Shown: positions 51,805 through 62,692 of the stretch, piece by piece
Layout: each line of letters starts with the position of its first letter
Position numbering within the stretch: position 1 is the stretch's first letter
Source of the DNA: Felis catus
Taxonomy: Eukaryota
DNA: 64,000 nucleotides
Direction: 5' to 3'
Assembly (NCBI RefSeq): GCF_018350175.1
Contig: NC_058368.1
Coordinates: 160,458,001 to 160,522,000 of the forward strand
Made by a program: the position numbers and the translations under genes
The notes under the pieces: generated by a model
Databases searched by the model: none
The model's input: the letters and a program-made list of their open reading frames with translations, nothing else
Told to the model about the DNA's origin: nothing

Positions 51805-52694
51805 TAATTTGTTTAAAGGACTTGCTAGTATTATTAATAGCAGACAAAAGTTCTTATCAAATATATGTAGATGTACTCAAAACTTAATTTTAATTGGTGT
51901 GAGGCCCTTCTTTGCCCTTTATCTGAAAACGTTTTGTTGTTTCCCTGAACTCTTCTGATACATTGTATCTTGGCTGAGTGAAATCCAGTTGCTCTAACAG
52001 CATGTTGTGTTCCCATCCCGAGATTGAGAGAGGTTGTTGGTCAAATATTTGACATGGTTTTCATCTATTTATGCTATCTTGGACAAATCCATAAATTATC
52101 ATATACAATACGTAATTATTCCAAGTAATGTTATTGATCTTGGTGCATTAGAGACCATTTTTCCCAATAACATATACCACCAGTGGCGAAGAAAATCTTA
52201 AGGATTTTTCAACCAAAATTCCAGCTCCTACACTCTTTGTTTATCATCTATGTTAGCAACGTTATCATGGACTTGTCTTCATTATTTCAAATCAGGGTCT
52301 ACAATTGAGAGTATTAGTTTTCACTTAAATCCAAACTGCTCTTTCTACATGTCTGAAACTGACAGGTTTCAGTTTTATGGGTTTTTCCTCTAATTTTCCA
52401 ACAAATAAGTAAATATTGTTCAGCATGATTTGCCTTTTATTCATTTTTTTCCATAAACATATGAAGGGTATTTCCTTTTCTTTTTCTCTCTCCTTTTTTT
52501 ATTCTACTAATCTCATTTTGAAGCTACTGTCTTAATTGTCAGTTGTTTCAGTATTTTAAACATTTATTCCCATGTGCACTCTACCATCACATTTCAAAAT
52601 TATTTCTCCTATACATAGAAAGAGTGGTCATTGGCTTCTGTAATATGCAAATGGTGTCATAGTCATGTAAATATTGGACATGCGGTGATAACCC

Positions 52695-52736
52695 CAAGAG
52701 TCAGACGCTTAACTGACTGAGCTACCCAGGTGTCTC
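52695..52736 (-). mobile_element. Isolated CAN-SINE 5' head (about 42 bp)
   Basis: 'caagagtcagacgcttaactgactgagctacccaggtgtctc' with no body or tail. Confidence 0.8.
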
Positions 52737-52758
52737 AGAGAGCAAAAGCATGTAAAGC

Positions 52759-52947
52759 TTTTATTTATTTACTTTGAGAGAGAGAAAAAGAGAACACATG
52801 TGGGTGCAAGTGGCGGGGGGGGGGGGGGAGAAATCCCAAAAAGCAGTCTCCACACTGCAATATCATGGGGCTTGAACCCACAAACTGTGAGACAATGACC
52901 TGAGCCGAAGTCAGACGCTTAAGTGACTGAGCCACCCAGGCACTCCC
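52759..52947 (-). mobile_element. CAN-SINE, internally shortened, with a G-run
   Basis: SINE head and tail present; poly(G) at about 52815-52828. Confidence 0.9.
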
Positions 52948-53149
52948 ACAGACATTTAAAAGCTCTTGCTGTATAGCTAGATTCCACTCAAGAAAGTTTG
53001 AGCATGTTAATTTTACCCAAATAAAGAAAAAATTTAAAAACAAAGTTTCATACAATTTACATGTAATAAGCATGAATAATTGGGTTTGTTTCACTTTATT
53101 TCTTACTCCTTTATTATATTTTTACTTTTCATCAGTTTGATAAAGTATT

Positions 53150-53349
53150 TTTAAAGTTTATTTATTTTGAGAGAGAGAGAAACAGAGAGAGAGAAACAGC
53201 AGGGGAGGGACAGAGAGAGAGGGGACAGAGGATCTGAAGTGGGCTCTATGCTGAAAGCAGTGAACCCAATGCAAGCTTGAACTCACGAGTGGTTTAATCA
53301 TGACATGAACAAAGTCGGACATTTAACCGGTGAAGCCACCCAGGTGCCC
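53150..53349 (-). mobile_element. CAN-SINE (older of two at one site)
   Basis: Diverged full body. Confidence 0.93.
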
Positions 53350-53362
53350 TGATTAAGTATTT

Positions 53363-53573
53363 AAAAATTTTTTTTTAACGTTAATTTATTTTTGAGACAG
53401 AGACAGAGCATGAATGGGGGAGGGTCAGAGAGAGGGAGACACGGAATCCGAAACAGGCTCCAGGCTCTGAGCTGTCAACACAGAGCCCGACGTGGGGCTC
53501 GAACTCACGGACTGCGAGATCATGACCTGAGCCAAAGTCGGCTGCTCAACTGACTGAGCCACACAGACACCCC
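53363..53573 (-). mobile_element. CAN-SINE (younger of two at one site)
   Basis: Full body; flanked by tgattaagtattt at 53350 and 53574. Confidence 0.96.
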
Positions 53574-54329
53574 TGATTAAGTATTTTTAAATTGTAGTTC
53601 TTATTTATACCATTTGACTTATGAAGTTGAATATTTTTCATTTGGTCACAAATGTGTTTTACTTATTGTTTACATTATCTATATTCTCTTGATTTTACTC
53701 TGCTACTTTTCTTTGAAATAAGTAAATAGGAAGGTGGGTAGGTGGATAGATAGATAGGTAGATAGACAGAGTTAGGCTTATAAAGTTTTCTTTATGTACT
53801 AAAGATAATAAGTAACCATTTCCTGTCAAAGACTGAAAAATCTTTTCTAGGGTATGGTTCACTTTTCTAATTCTGCTTTTGAACTTTTAATGATGATAAA
53901 TTTTAAAATAGAAAATAGTTCAATATTTTCCTTCATGGTTTCAAATAGAGTTTTACACATAGACTTAATTCAACTGAATAATAAAAAAAAAACCAATCTG
54001 CTATATTTGTTCCAGGACTTTTTCAGTGTCTTGACTAGGTTTAAATTTTAAAACCATGTTGAATTTATTTTTTAGTATACCGTGAGAAAATGATTTAGTA
54101 TTTCCTCTCCTCTCTAAAGGTGGTACAATTTTCTCAGTACTAATTATTGACTAGTTCTTAAGAACCCTATATTTTGGAAGGGAACCATACTTATAAGCAT
54201 ACCTTGTAAGGAAAGAAGCAAACACAATGTTTCAAATTGTGTATTTTCTGGGATTGTTATAACATTTTTATAGATGAGAATTCATTTTTATCTTATCCTA
54301 GAACATTTCTTTTTTAAAATTTAAGCATA

Positions 54330-54498
54330 TAGAGTGCCTGGGTGGCTCAGTTGGTTAAGCATCCGACTGTGGATTTCAGCTCAGGTCAGATGTCATGGTT
54401 GTGAGTTTGAGCCCCATGTCCGGCTCTGCGTTGACAGTGAGGAACCGGCTTGGGATTGTCTGCCTCCCTCTGTCTCTGCCCCTCCCCTGTTCTCTCTG

Positions 54499-54534
<36 letters not shown>

Positions 54535-54590
54535 TCTGCCTCTCTCTCAAAATAAATAAATAAAACATTAAAAAAATAAAAATAAAATAA
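54330..54590 (+). mobile_element. CAN-SINE with an expanded (CTCTGT)/(CT) tract
   Basis: Full body and (TAAAA)n tail. Confidence 0.94.
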
Positions 54591-54599
54591 AATTGGAGC

Positions 54600-55182
54600 A
54601 TAGGTTACAAATGCACACATTTTAATTGTACAGTGAATGTTCCCGAATACATACGAGTGCAACCCAACACCCAAGTCAATGTAGAATATTTTTATGTCTG
54701 TAGAGGAGCCCTCTACCTTCTCCAGTCAATACAACCCCCTTAAAGGAAATAACTTGCCCCAACACAGTCACCAGAGTTGAGTTTTCCCTGTTTTTGAACT
54801 CGATGGAACCATGTAATATACCATTTTGTGTCAGGGTTTTTCAGCTCAACTTTATGTCTTTGATATACATAGTTGTTTCTTTTTCCATTGTTACACAGTA
54901 CTTCAGTGTATGGATATATCACAATCTATTTCATTTTTTTTATTCTTTATGGAATTTTGGGTTGTTTTGAGTTTTAGGCTATTATAAATAAATCTGATTG
55001 AACATTCATAGGCATGTCCTTTAGTTGACATATGCACTTACTTCATTTGAATATATACCCACACTCTGCAGTAGAATTGCTGGTGATAGGATACTAATAT
55101 GTTCAGCTTTAGTAAAAACTGCCAAATAGTTTCCCATTGTGTTTGTGCCAACTTACACCCACACCAGCAATGTGTGAGAATA
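54600..55182 (-). mobile_element. Old L1 (L1ME/MD-like) 3' end
   Basis: 'ttgggttgttttgagttttaggctattataaataaa...gtagaattgctgg...aaactgccaaatagtttcc...cccacaccagcaatgtgtgaga'. Confidence 0.75.
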
Positions 55183-55392
55183 ACTGATTTTTCTTCCCTT
55201 TGGATATACCTCTTTTAAAGTTAAAAAAAAAAAAAAGAAAAAGACTTTTTTTTAAAGATTTTAGTTGGAGTCATCCACTGAATTTGTTTTCTTTTTAACA
55301 GAGTTTCAGGGGAGCAAAGGCTATGCTTCTTAGGAAAAAAATTAGCAAATTGCTGACAGCATCAGCTTTGAAATCATAAAAATCCAATTTCT

Positions 55393-55463
55393 TTTTTTTA
55401 AAGCTTGTTTATTTATTTTGAGAGACATGGAAAGTAGGGGAAGAGCAGCATGAGTGGGAGAGG

Positions 55464-55510
<47 letters not shown>

Positions 55511-55639
55511 TCCCAAGCAGGCTCTGCACTGTCAGCATGCAGCCCGATACAGGGCTCTAACTCACTAAACTCATGAGATCATGACCTGAGCTGAAACCAA
55601 GAGTCAGATGCTTAACCAACTGAGCCACCCAGGTGGCCC
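55393..55639 (-). mobile_element. CAN-SINE
   Basis: Full body with (GA)n; TSD taaaaatccaatttct (55377-55392) and taaaaacccagtttct (55640-55655). Confidence 0.95.
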
Positions 55640-55655
55640 TAAAAACCCAGTTTCT

Positions 55656-58036
55656 TTTCTTTTTTTTTTTTAATATATATTTTTTTAAATTTTTTTCAAC
55701 GTTTTCTATTTATTTTTGGGACAGAGAGAGACAGAGCATGAACGGGGGAGGGGCAGAGAGAGAGGGAGACACAGAATCGGAAACAGGCTCCAGGCTCCGA
55801 GCCATCAGCCCAGAGCCTGACACGGGGCTCGAACTCATGGACCGTGAGATCGTGACCTGGCCGAAGTCGGATGCTTAACCGACTGCGCCACCCAGGCGCC
55901 CCTAAATATATTTTTTAATGTTTTATTTTTTATTATTTTTTTAAGCTTAATTTATTGTCAAGTTAGCTAACATACAGCATATACAGGTCACACTTGACTT
56001 CAGGAGTAGATTCCCATGATTCATTGCTTACATACAACACCCAGTGCTCATCCCAACAAGTTTCCTCCTCAAAGCCCATCACCCATTTTCCCCTCCCCCC
56101 CATCCCTCATCAACCCTCAGTTTGTTCTCTGTATTTAAGAGTCTCTTAGGTTTGTCTCCCTTTCTGTTTGAAACTATTTTTTCCCCTTCCCTTCCCCCAT
56201 GGTCTTCTGTTAAGTTTCTCAAATTCCACATATGAGTGAAAACATAAGATATCTGGCTTTCTCTGACTTATTTCACTTAGCAGAATACCCTCCAGTTCCA
56301 TCCACATTTCTGCAAATAGAAAGATTTCATTCTTTCTCGTTGCTGAGTAGTATTCTATTATATATATAAACCACATCTTCTTCATCCATTCATCAGTTGA
56401 TGGACATTTGGACTCTATTCATAATTGGGCTATTGTTGATAGCACTGCTATAAACGTTGAAGTACATGTGTCCCTATGAATCAACACTCCTTTATCCTTT
56501 GGATAAATTCCTAGCAGTGCTGTTGCTGGGCCATAGGGTAATTCTATTTTTAATTTTTTGAGGAACCTCCATACTGTTTTCCAGAATGGCTGCACCAGTT
56601 TTCATTCCCACCAGCAGTGTAAAGGGTTCCCATTTCTCCACATCCTTGCCAACATCTGTTGTTGCCTGAGTTGTTAATTTTAGCCACTCTGGTGTGAGGT
56701 GGTATCTCAATGTGGTTTTGATTTGTGCTTCTCTGATGATGAGAGATGTTGAGCATCTTTTTATGTGTCTGTGGCCAGATGTGACCATCTGGATGTCTTC
56801 TTTGGAAAAGTGTTTATTCATGTCTTCTGCCCATTTATTGACTGGATTATTTGTTTTTCAGGTGTGTTGAGTTTGGTAATGTTGAGTTTGGTAAGTTCTT
56901 TATAGATTTTGAATACTAACCCTTTATCTGATATGTCATTAACAAATATCTTTTCCCATTCCCTCGATTGCCTTTTAGTTTTGTTGATTGTTTTTTTGCT
57001 GTGCAGAAGATTTATATCTTGATGAGGTCCTGATAGTTCATTTTTGCTTTTATTTCCCTTGCCTCAGAGACGTGTTGAGTAAGAAGTTGGTGCAGCAACG
57101 AGGTAAAAGAGGTTGTTGCCGGCTTTCTCCTCTAGGGCTTTGGTGGTTTCCTGTCTCACATTTAGGTCTCTCATCCATTTTGAGTTTATTTTTTGTGTAT
57201 TATGTAAGAAAGTGTTACAGTTTTATTCTTCTGCATGCTGCTGTCCAGTTCTCCCAGCACCATTTACTAAAGAGACACTTTTCCATTGGATACTCTTTCC
57301 TGCTTTGTCAAAGATTAGTTGGCCATACATTTGTGGATCCAATTCTGGGTTCTTTATTCTATTCCATTGGTCTGTGTGTCTGTTTTTGTGCCAATACCAT
57401 ATTGTCTTGATGATAAAGCTTTGTAGTAGAGGCTAAAGTCTGGGATTGAGATTCCTTCCGCTTTCGTTTTCTTTTCAACATTACTTTGGCTATTCAAGGT
57501 CTTTTGTGGTTCCAAAAAAAAAAAAAAAACATAAAATGGATTGTTTGTTCTAGCTCAGAGAAGAATGTCAGTGCAATTTTGATTTGGATTGCAGTTGAAT
57601 CCATAGATTGCTTTGGTAGTATTGACATTTTAACAACATTTGTTCTTCCAATCTACGAGCATGGAATGTTTTTCCATTTCTTTGCGTCTTCTTCAATTTC
57701 TTTCATAAGTTTTCTATATTTTTCAGCATACAGATCTTTTACCTCTTTGGTTAGGTTTATTTCTAGGTGTTTTATGGTTCTTGGCGCAGTTGTAATTGGG
57801 ATCAATTCCTTGATATCTCTTTCTGTTGCCTCATTATTGGGGTATAGAAATGCAACCGATCCCTGTACATTGAATTTGTACCCTGCAACTTTGTTGAATT
57901 CATGTATCATTTCTAGCAGTTTTGTGGTGGAGTCTTTTGGGATTTCCACGTAGAGTATCATGTCATCTGCAAAAAGTGAAAATCTGACTTCTTCTTTGCC
58001 AGTTTGTTTGCCTTTTATTTCATTTTGTTTTCTGAC
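55656..58036 (-). mobile_element. 5'-truncated carnivore L1 (end of RT to 3' end) with a young SINE in its A-tail
   Basis: ORF fragments with FADDM (57653-58087) and HFSKEDIQM (56492-56821), plus 3'UTR; TSD acccagtttct at 55645-55655 and 58061-58071. Confidence 0.95.
55680..55902 (-). mobile_element. Young CAN-SINE (SINEC_Fc) in the L1 poly(A) tail
   Basis: Nearly identical to the 46741 copy; flanked by atatatttttt on both sides. Confidence 0.96.
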
Positions 58037-59889
58037 AAAATGTTTTCTTTGTTTTCTGACACCCAGTTTCTCATTGAGCTCCTTCACCTATTTAGTGTGT
58101 GATCTTGAGTAAGATCATTAAATTATGTACGTGTTGGTTTCCTCATCTGCACTTAGTGAATGCTCCACAAAATACTCATTGAATAATGTTTTTTAGCTCT
58201 GGTGAAAAGAAATCAGGTACCATCCTAGCTAGATTCACGGAGTACTCAAAAGATGGCGCTAATAACAATAATAATAAAATAAAATTCTTATTATTGTCTA
58301 TCCTTTTTATATCTACATCTGGAATATACACATGTAGTATGATCTCCAGAACCATTGGAATTTAAAATCCATTTTAATTGGCTCTACATTATTGAAGCTT
58401 TTCACATGGGCATTGACATACTTTTGGTTTGTCTTGACTCATGAAGAGTTGATTACATTTAAAGTAGCAACACAAGTACAGATTTTGAGTATTTAAAAAG
58501 AACTGTGACCAACCAAAAGTTTAAATTTTGTCTTTTATATCAAATTCCATAATACAAAATATCAAGGGAACTTCTGCACATGGAGAGGGTGTGAATGGAG
58601 ATAGATGTCAGAGGCAGAAGCAAAAGACAAAACCAGAATAGGTGAGGAGAAAATAAAATATTGTCTAGGGATCAGGTAAGGAAACTATACAAATCCAAAA
58701 AGGACACAGAAGCCGGGTAGCACTCCAAATCAGGGTGCAGTCAGGAGTCAGGAAATAGCATCTATGTAGAAGTCAGTGGTCATGCCATCAATTCAAAGGC
58801 CAAGCAAGACGTTCAGAGTCAAGGATTATACAACATCTGCTTATGGGCAACAGAAAGGATGAGACAGAAGCCTCTTATTTGCTTACCTACAAGACCAAGA
58901 GCCAGGGAGTTGCTCAAGATCAGAAATAAGCTATCTCTCTTCTTACTATGTTTGGTATGATGGGATATGTGCCTGTAAAAAAGAGTAGAAATAGTTCACA
59001 AGGAAAACTGTCATGAATCTTTTCTTTTTTCTCCTTCCACTCATTTTGTAGCAAATTCTCTTGAAGATTGCCTACCGGTATTAGTGATTGTAATAGATAT
59101 AATTCATAAATTTTATCAAACTATTCAAAGTCAAGTTCCCTTTATTGTAGCACTTTTCCCCTTGAAGTAAGAGGAGTCTTGGCTGCAAAAGTTTCCGTAG
59201 GTACTGAGTGCTGAATACAAAGACATTTTTTTAAATCAGTGATTCTGGAATAGTTTTCCTTTATCTCATCAGTATTTAATCTATCTCCTTGTAGGTCTGT
59301 TTGAAATTGGGAAAAAATTAGTGCATCCTCATAAATTGCTAGAAAGTAAATTTAGAACATTTGGAGCTTACTTCTGTTGTCACTCTCTACCATGCCTTGT
59401 ATTCTTTTCTTCCAATTAGTGGAGAGATTTAATAAGTGAATAATAAAATGAGGTCCCTCTAAAAAACAGTTTAGTTACAATATGTTTATTTACTTTGTTG
59501 CTAGACAGCCAACCAAGCCTTCTGTTTCTGGTAAGCACTTCACAAATTTACTGTCACTGTTGGGCATAAAATGTAACAAAATTGATTCCTTTACTTTTAA
59601 CACCAAGGTTATCCATTTGAGGGGGTACATAAAGATTAAATGACAGCAGGAGTATGGCCCTTTACTTTTGCATCTTGGTCTATTGCTCTGCTGGCTTTGT
59701 TTTTTCCATTCTCATTACTTTGCAACATTAATTGATTCTTTTGAAGTTGATGCCTTATAAACAAGAGTCCTAGATGAATTTTATTTCTAACATTATTGCA
59801 GTTGGAAAAGCAATATGCAGCCACTTCTTTAACATGTGGAAAAACAATAACATGGCAAAGTGAAATTATAAGCAAGGTGTATTGGGAAG

Positions 59890-60030
59890 AGCTGGAAACC
59901 AGAAATCAATCAACTTCCGTAACTAGTTAGAGAACCCTGGGTAAATCATTTAACCTCCGTGGGTCACAGTTTTCTTATTTATAAGAGGAGGAAATTTGTA
60001 TTAGATGACCTCTGGATCCTTCCAAGTGGA
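59890..60030 (+). mobile_element. MIR/MIR3
   Basis: 'accctgggtaaatcatttaacctccgtgggtcacagttttcttatttataa...tagatgacctct'. Confidence 0.7.
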
Positions 60031-60661
60031 AATTAGTTCTTTTATTTATCATTATTCTTTCCAGGTCTCTTTAATCAATACTTTGCTTGAGAATCAAAAC
60101 AAAAAAAAATGTCATGAATTTGTAGGTGTTTGCTTTTTTCCCCCACTTAATCTTTTACAGTGGCATAAATAAACAATTTAATTCCCAACAGGTAAATAGC
60201 AGGGGGAACAGAGGAGTATGAAATTGAATAATTTTTAAATTGGAAAAAATGAACATATTATGGAATGAAAATTGTTCTGTTTCTGGCCTCAGCTGGTTAT
60301 TTCATTCTAAAACAAACAATGTAAAATTCATTTCTAATACCTGTATTAGAAAAAAATACTTTAATATTGGAACATTTCTATGATGTTGAAAAAATAATCA
60401 CATAGAGAAGTAAATTTATTTGTCTCATTCTATGCAATGCATTGTTTACCTTTTTCAAACTGGATCACATGGTTGATATTTGAATAGTATTCATTCAAAC
60501 TGCATTGGGGATGGATATATTTTTATATATATATATTTTATATATTTATATTTTTGGCTTTGTTTTAGGAGAAGAATAGATTATTGCATTTGTTTGCAAA
60601 TCACTTATTGTACTGAGAAATGATATGAATATACCAGAAAGATTTATTTACATTCATTGAC

Positions 60662-60770
60662 TATATGTGTGTGTGTATACATGTGTATATATACATGTGT
60701 ATATATATGTGTATATATACATGTGTATACATATGTGTACGTATACATGTGTATACATACATATACATAT
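60662..60770. repeat. Alternating purine-pyrimidine (TA/TG/CA) compound microsatellite
   Basis: About 109 bp of uninterrupted RY alternation. Confidence 0.95.
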
Positions 60771-61395
60771 TTATTTATTGTAGCTCACTTTCAAAGTACT
60801 TCAAAACCTCTTATTAAGATTTCGAAAGATGCGTATTATGCCATCTGTAATGTAGATGGATAATAAATGTGACAAAAAAAAAGAACAAAGAAATCACAAT
60901 CATGTGTTTTATCCAAATGTAATCATTGCAGTAGTTTTGGAAGAGTAATTGTATTTATTGGATGAACTTTGGATGGAAGGATATGTTCATATAGCTCTTA
61001 TTCCTCTGGTCTCTGCTTATTCCTGCAGTGATCACACATTCCTCTCCACCTGTCCTCCTATTGGTACACCCCAGGAGCATGAACCATTTTAGGTGTCTTG
61101 AATACACATACATGATCCTTCCTATTTCAGGGTCTTTTCATATATGTTATCATCTTCTTGAAACCATCTTCTGTTCAATTTTTGCATAACCAATTCCTTC
61201 TTATGCTTTAAGACTTGACTCAGTGATCATTTCCGGATTTTAGACCAAGGGTTTCCTCTATATAATTATCTTATTTTCATCTTATATCTTATTATATTAT
61301 TTATCTTAAGTATTCTTTCTTTCAATTGTAAAGTGAATAGTTAAGTAATTGTTTAACATCTATTTTCCTGGCTCAGCTGTAGGCTCTTTAAGGGC

Positions 61396-62690
61396 AGTGA
61401 AGCTGTCTGGCCCTGGACTTTTGTTTGATGAAAAGTTTTGATTGCTGACTCAGTCTCCTTACTTGCAATCAGTTTTTTTTTTTTTTTTTCGGGTTTTCTG
61501 TTTCTTCTTTATTCAATCTTGGAAGATTATACATTTATAGGAATTTATTCATATCTTGTAGATTGTTCAACATGTTGAAATGTAATTATTCATAGTAGTG
61601 TCTTAAGGACCTTTGTGTTTTTCTAATGTGGGTTGTAACCTTTTAATTTCTGATTTATTTATTTGAGTCCTTTCTGTTCTTGGTTAGTGTAGCTACGGTT
61701 TTGTCAATTTTGTTTATCATTTTTGAAGAATCAGCTCTTATTTTCATTGTTCTTTTCTGTTTTGTCTTTAGTCTCATTTATTTCTATTCTGATCTTTATT
61801 ATTTCCTTCCTTCTAACTTTGGGCTTTGTATGTTCTTCTTTCTCTAGTTACTTTAGGTGTCAAATCAGATTCTTTATGTGAGATTTATTTTTTTCTTGAG
61901 GTAGGCTTGTATTACTGTGAACATTGCTCTTAGCACTATTTTTACTACATCCTGACTTAGTATTTCTTTTTTTTTTTCTGTTTTCATTTGTCTCTAGGCA
62001 TTTTCTTTTCTTTTGTTTCAATGTTTCCTCTAATTTCTTTGAAGACCCAGTGGTTGTTGAATAACATGTTGTTGAACCTCCAAATATTTATGTTTTTCTT
62101 TCAGTTGTCTTGTAATTGTTTTCTATTTTCATACTGTTGTGGTCAGAAATGATGGTTGATATGATTTCAACCTTCTTGAATTTATTGAGACTTATTTTGT
62201 GGCTTAACATGTGAACCGTCCTGGAGAATGTTGCATGTGTCCTTGAAAAGAATATGTATTCTCCTGCTTTTGGATGTAATGTTCTGAATATATCTGTTAA
62301 GTCCACCTGGTCCAGTATGTTATTTAAAGCCATTGTTTCCTTATTGAATTTCTGTCTGGATGATCTATCCATTGATATAAGTAGTGTTTTAAAGTCCCTG
62401 CTATTATTGTAGTGCTGTTAATATCCCCCTTTAGGTATGTTAATATTTTCTTTATATATTTTGGTTCTTGTATATTGGGTGCATATATATTTATAAATGT
62501 TGAATATTCTTGCTGGATTGGTCTCTTTATCAGTATGCAATGCCCTTCTTTGTCTTTTGTTACAATCTTTGTTTTAAAGTCTATTTTGTCTGAGATAATT
62601 ATTGCTACTCCAACTTTCTTTTTTCCTCCCATTTTCATAGAATATTGAGAATATTTTCCCATTTCTTTCAGTCTCTGTGTATTCTTAAAT
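61396..62690 (-). mobile_element. Old L1 ORF2 fragment (endonuclease to Z region)
   Basis: GVAIIISDKIDFKTK, NIYAPN, DLTDIFRTLHP and SDHN in ORFs 62324-62662 and 62088-62372; SPGPDSFT at about 61396-61420; many indels. Confidence 0.92.
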
Positions 62691-62692
62691 CC

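Larger units (their letters stand above)
49955..52480 (-). mobile_element. Decayed hAT (Tip100/Zaphod-like) DNA transposon with a transposase pseudogene, split by SINEs and L1
   Basis: Manual minus-strand translation across frameshifts: RQVHDNVANIDDK.KSVGAGILVE (about 52281-52205), HVKYLT..PLSISGWE...HAVRATGF (about 52057-51980), FPSLGIALKIYL.IPFVTTLA...PEKLLSL..EYKLCE...SDFEMKEINF (about 50425-50222). Left end resembles the MER115/Zaphod terminus ('caagagta...atgtctaaatattta...accttcataa'). Confidence 0.72.

Noticed and set aside
3275..55902. tRNA genes suggested by A-box/B-box sequences
   Set aside because: All are heads of tRNA-derived CAN-SINEs; none forms a standalone cloverleaf.
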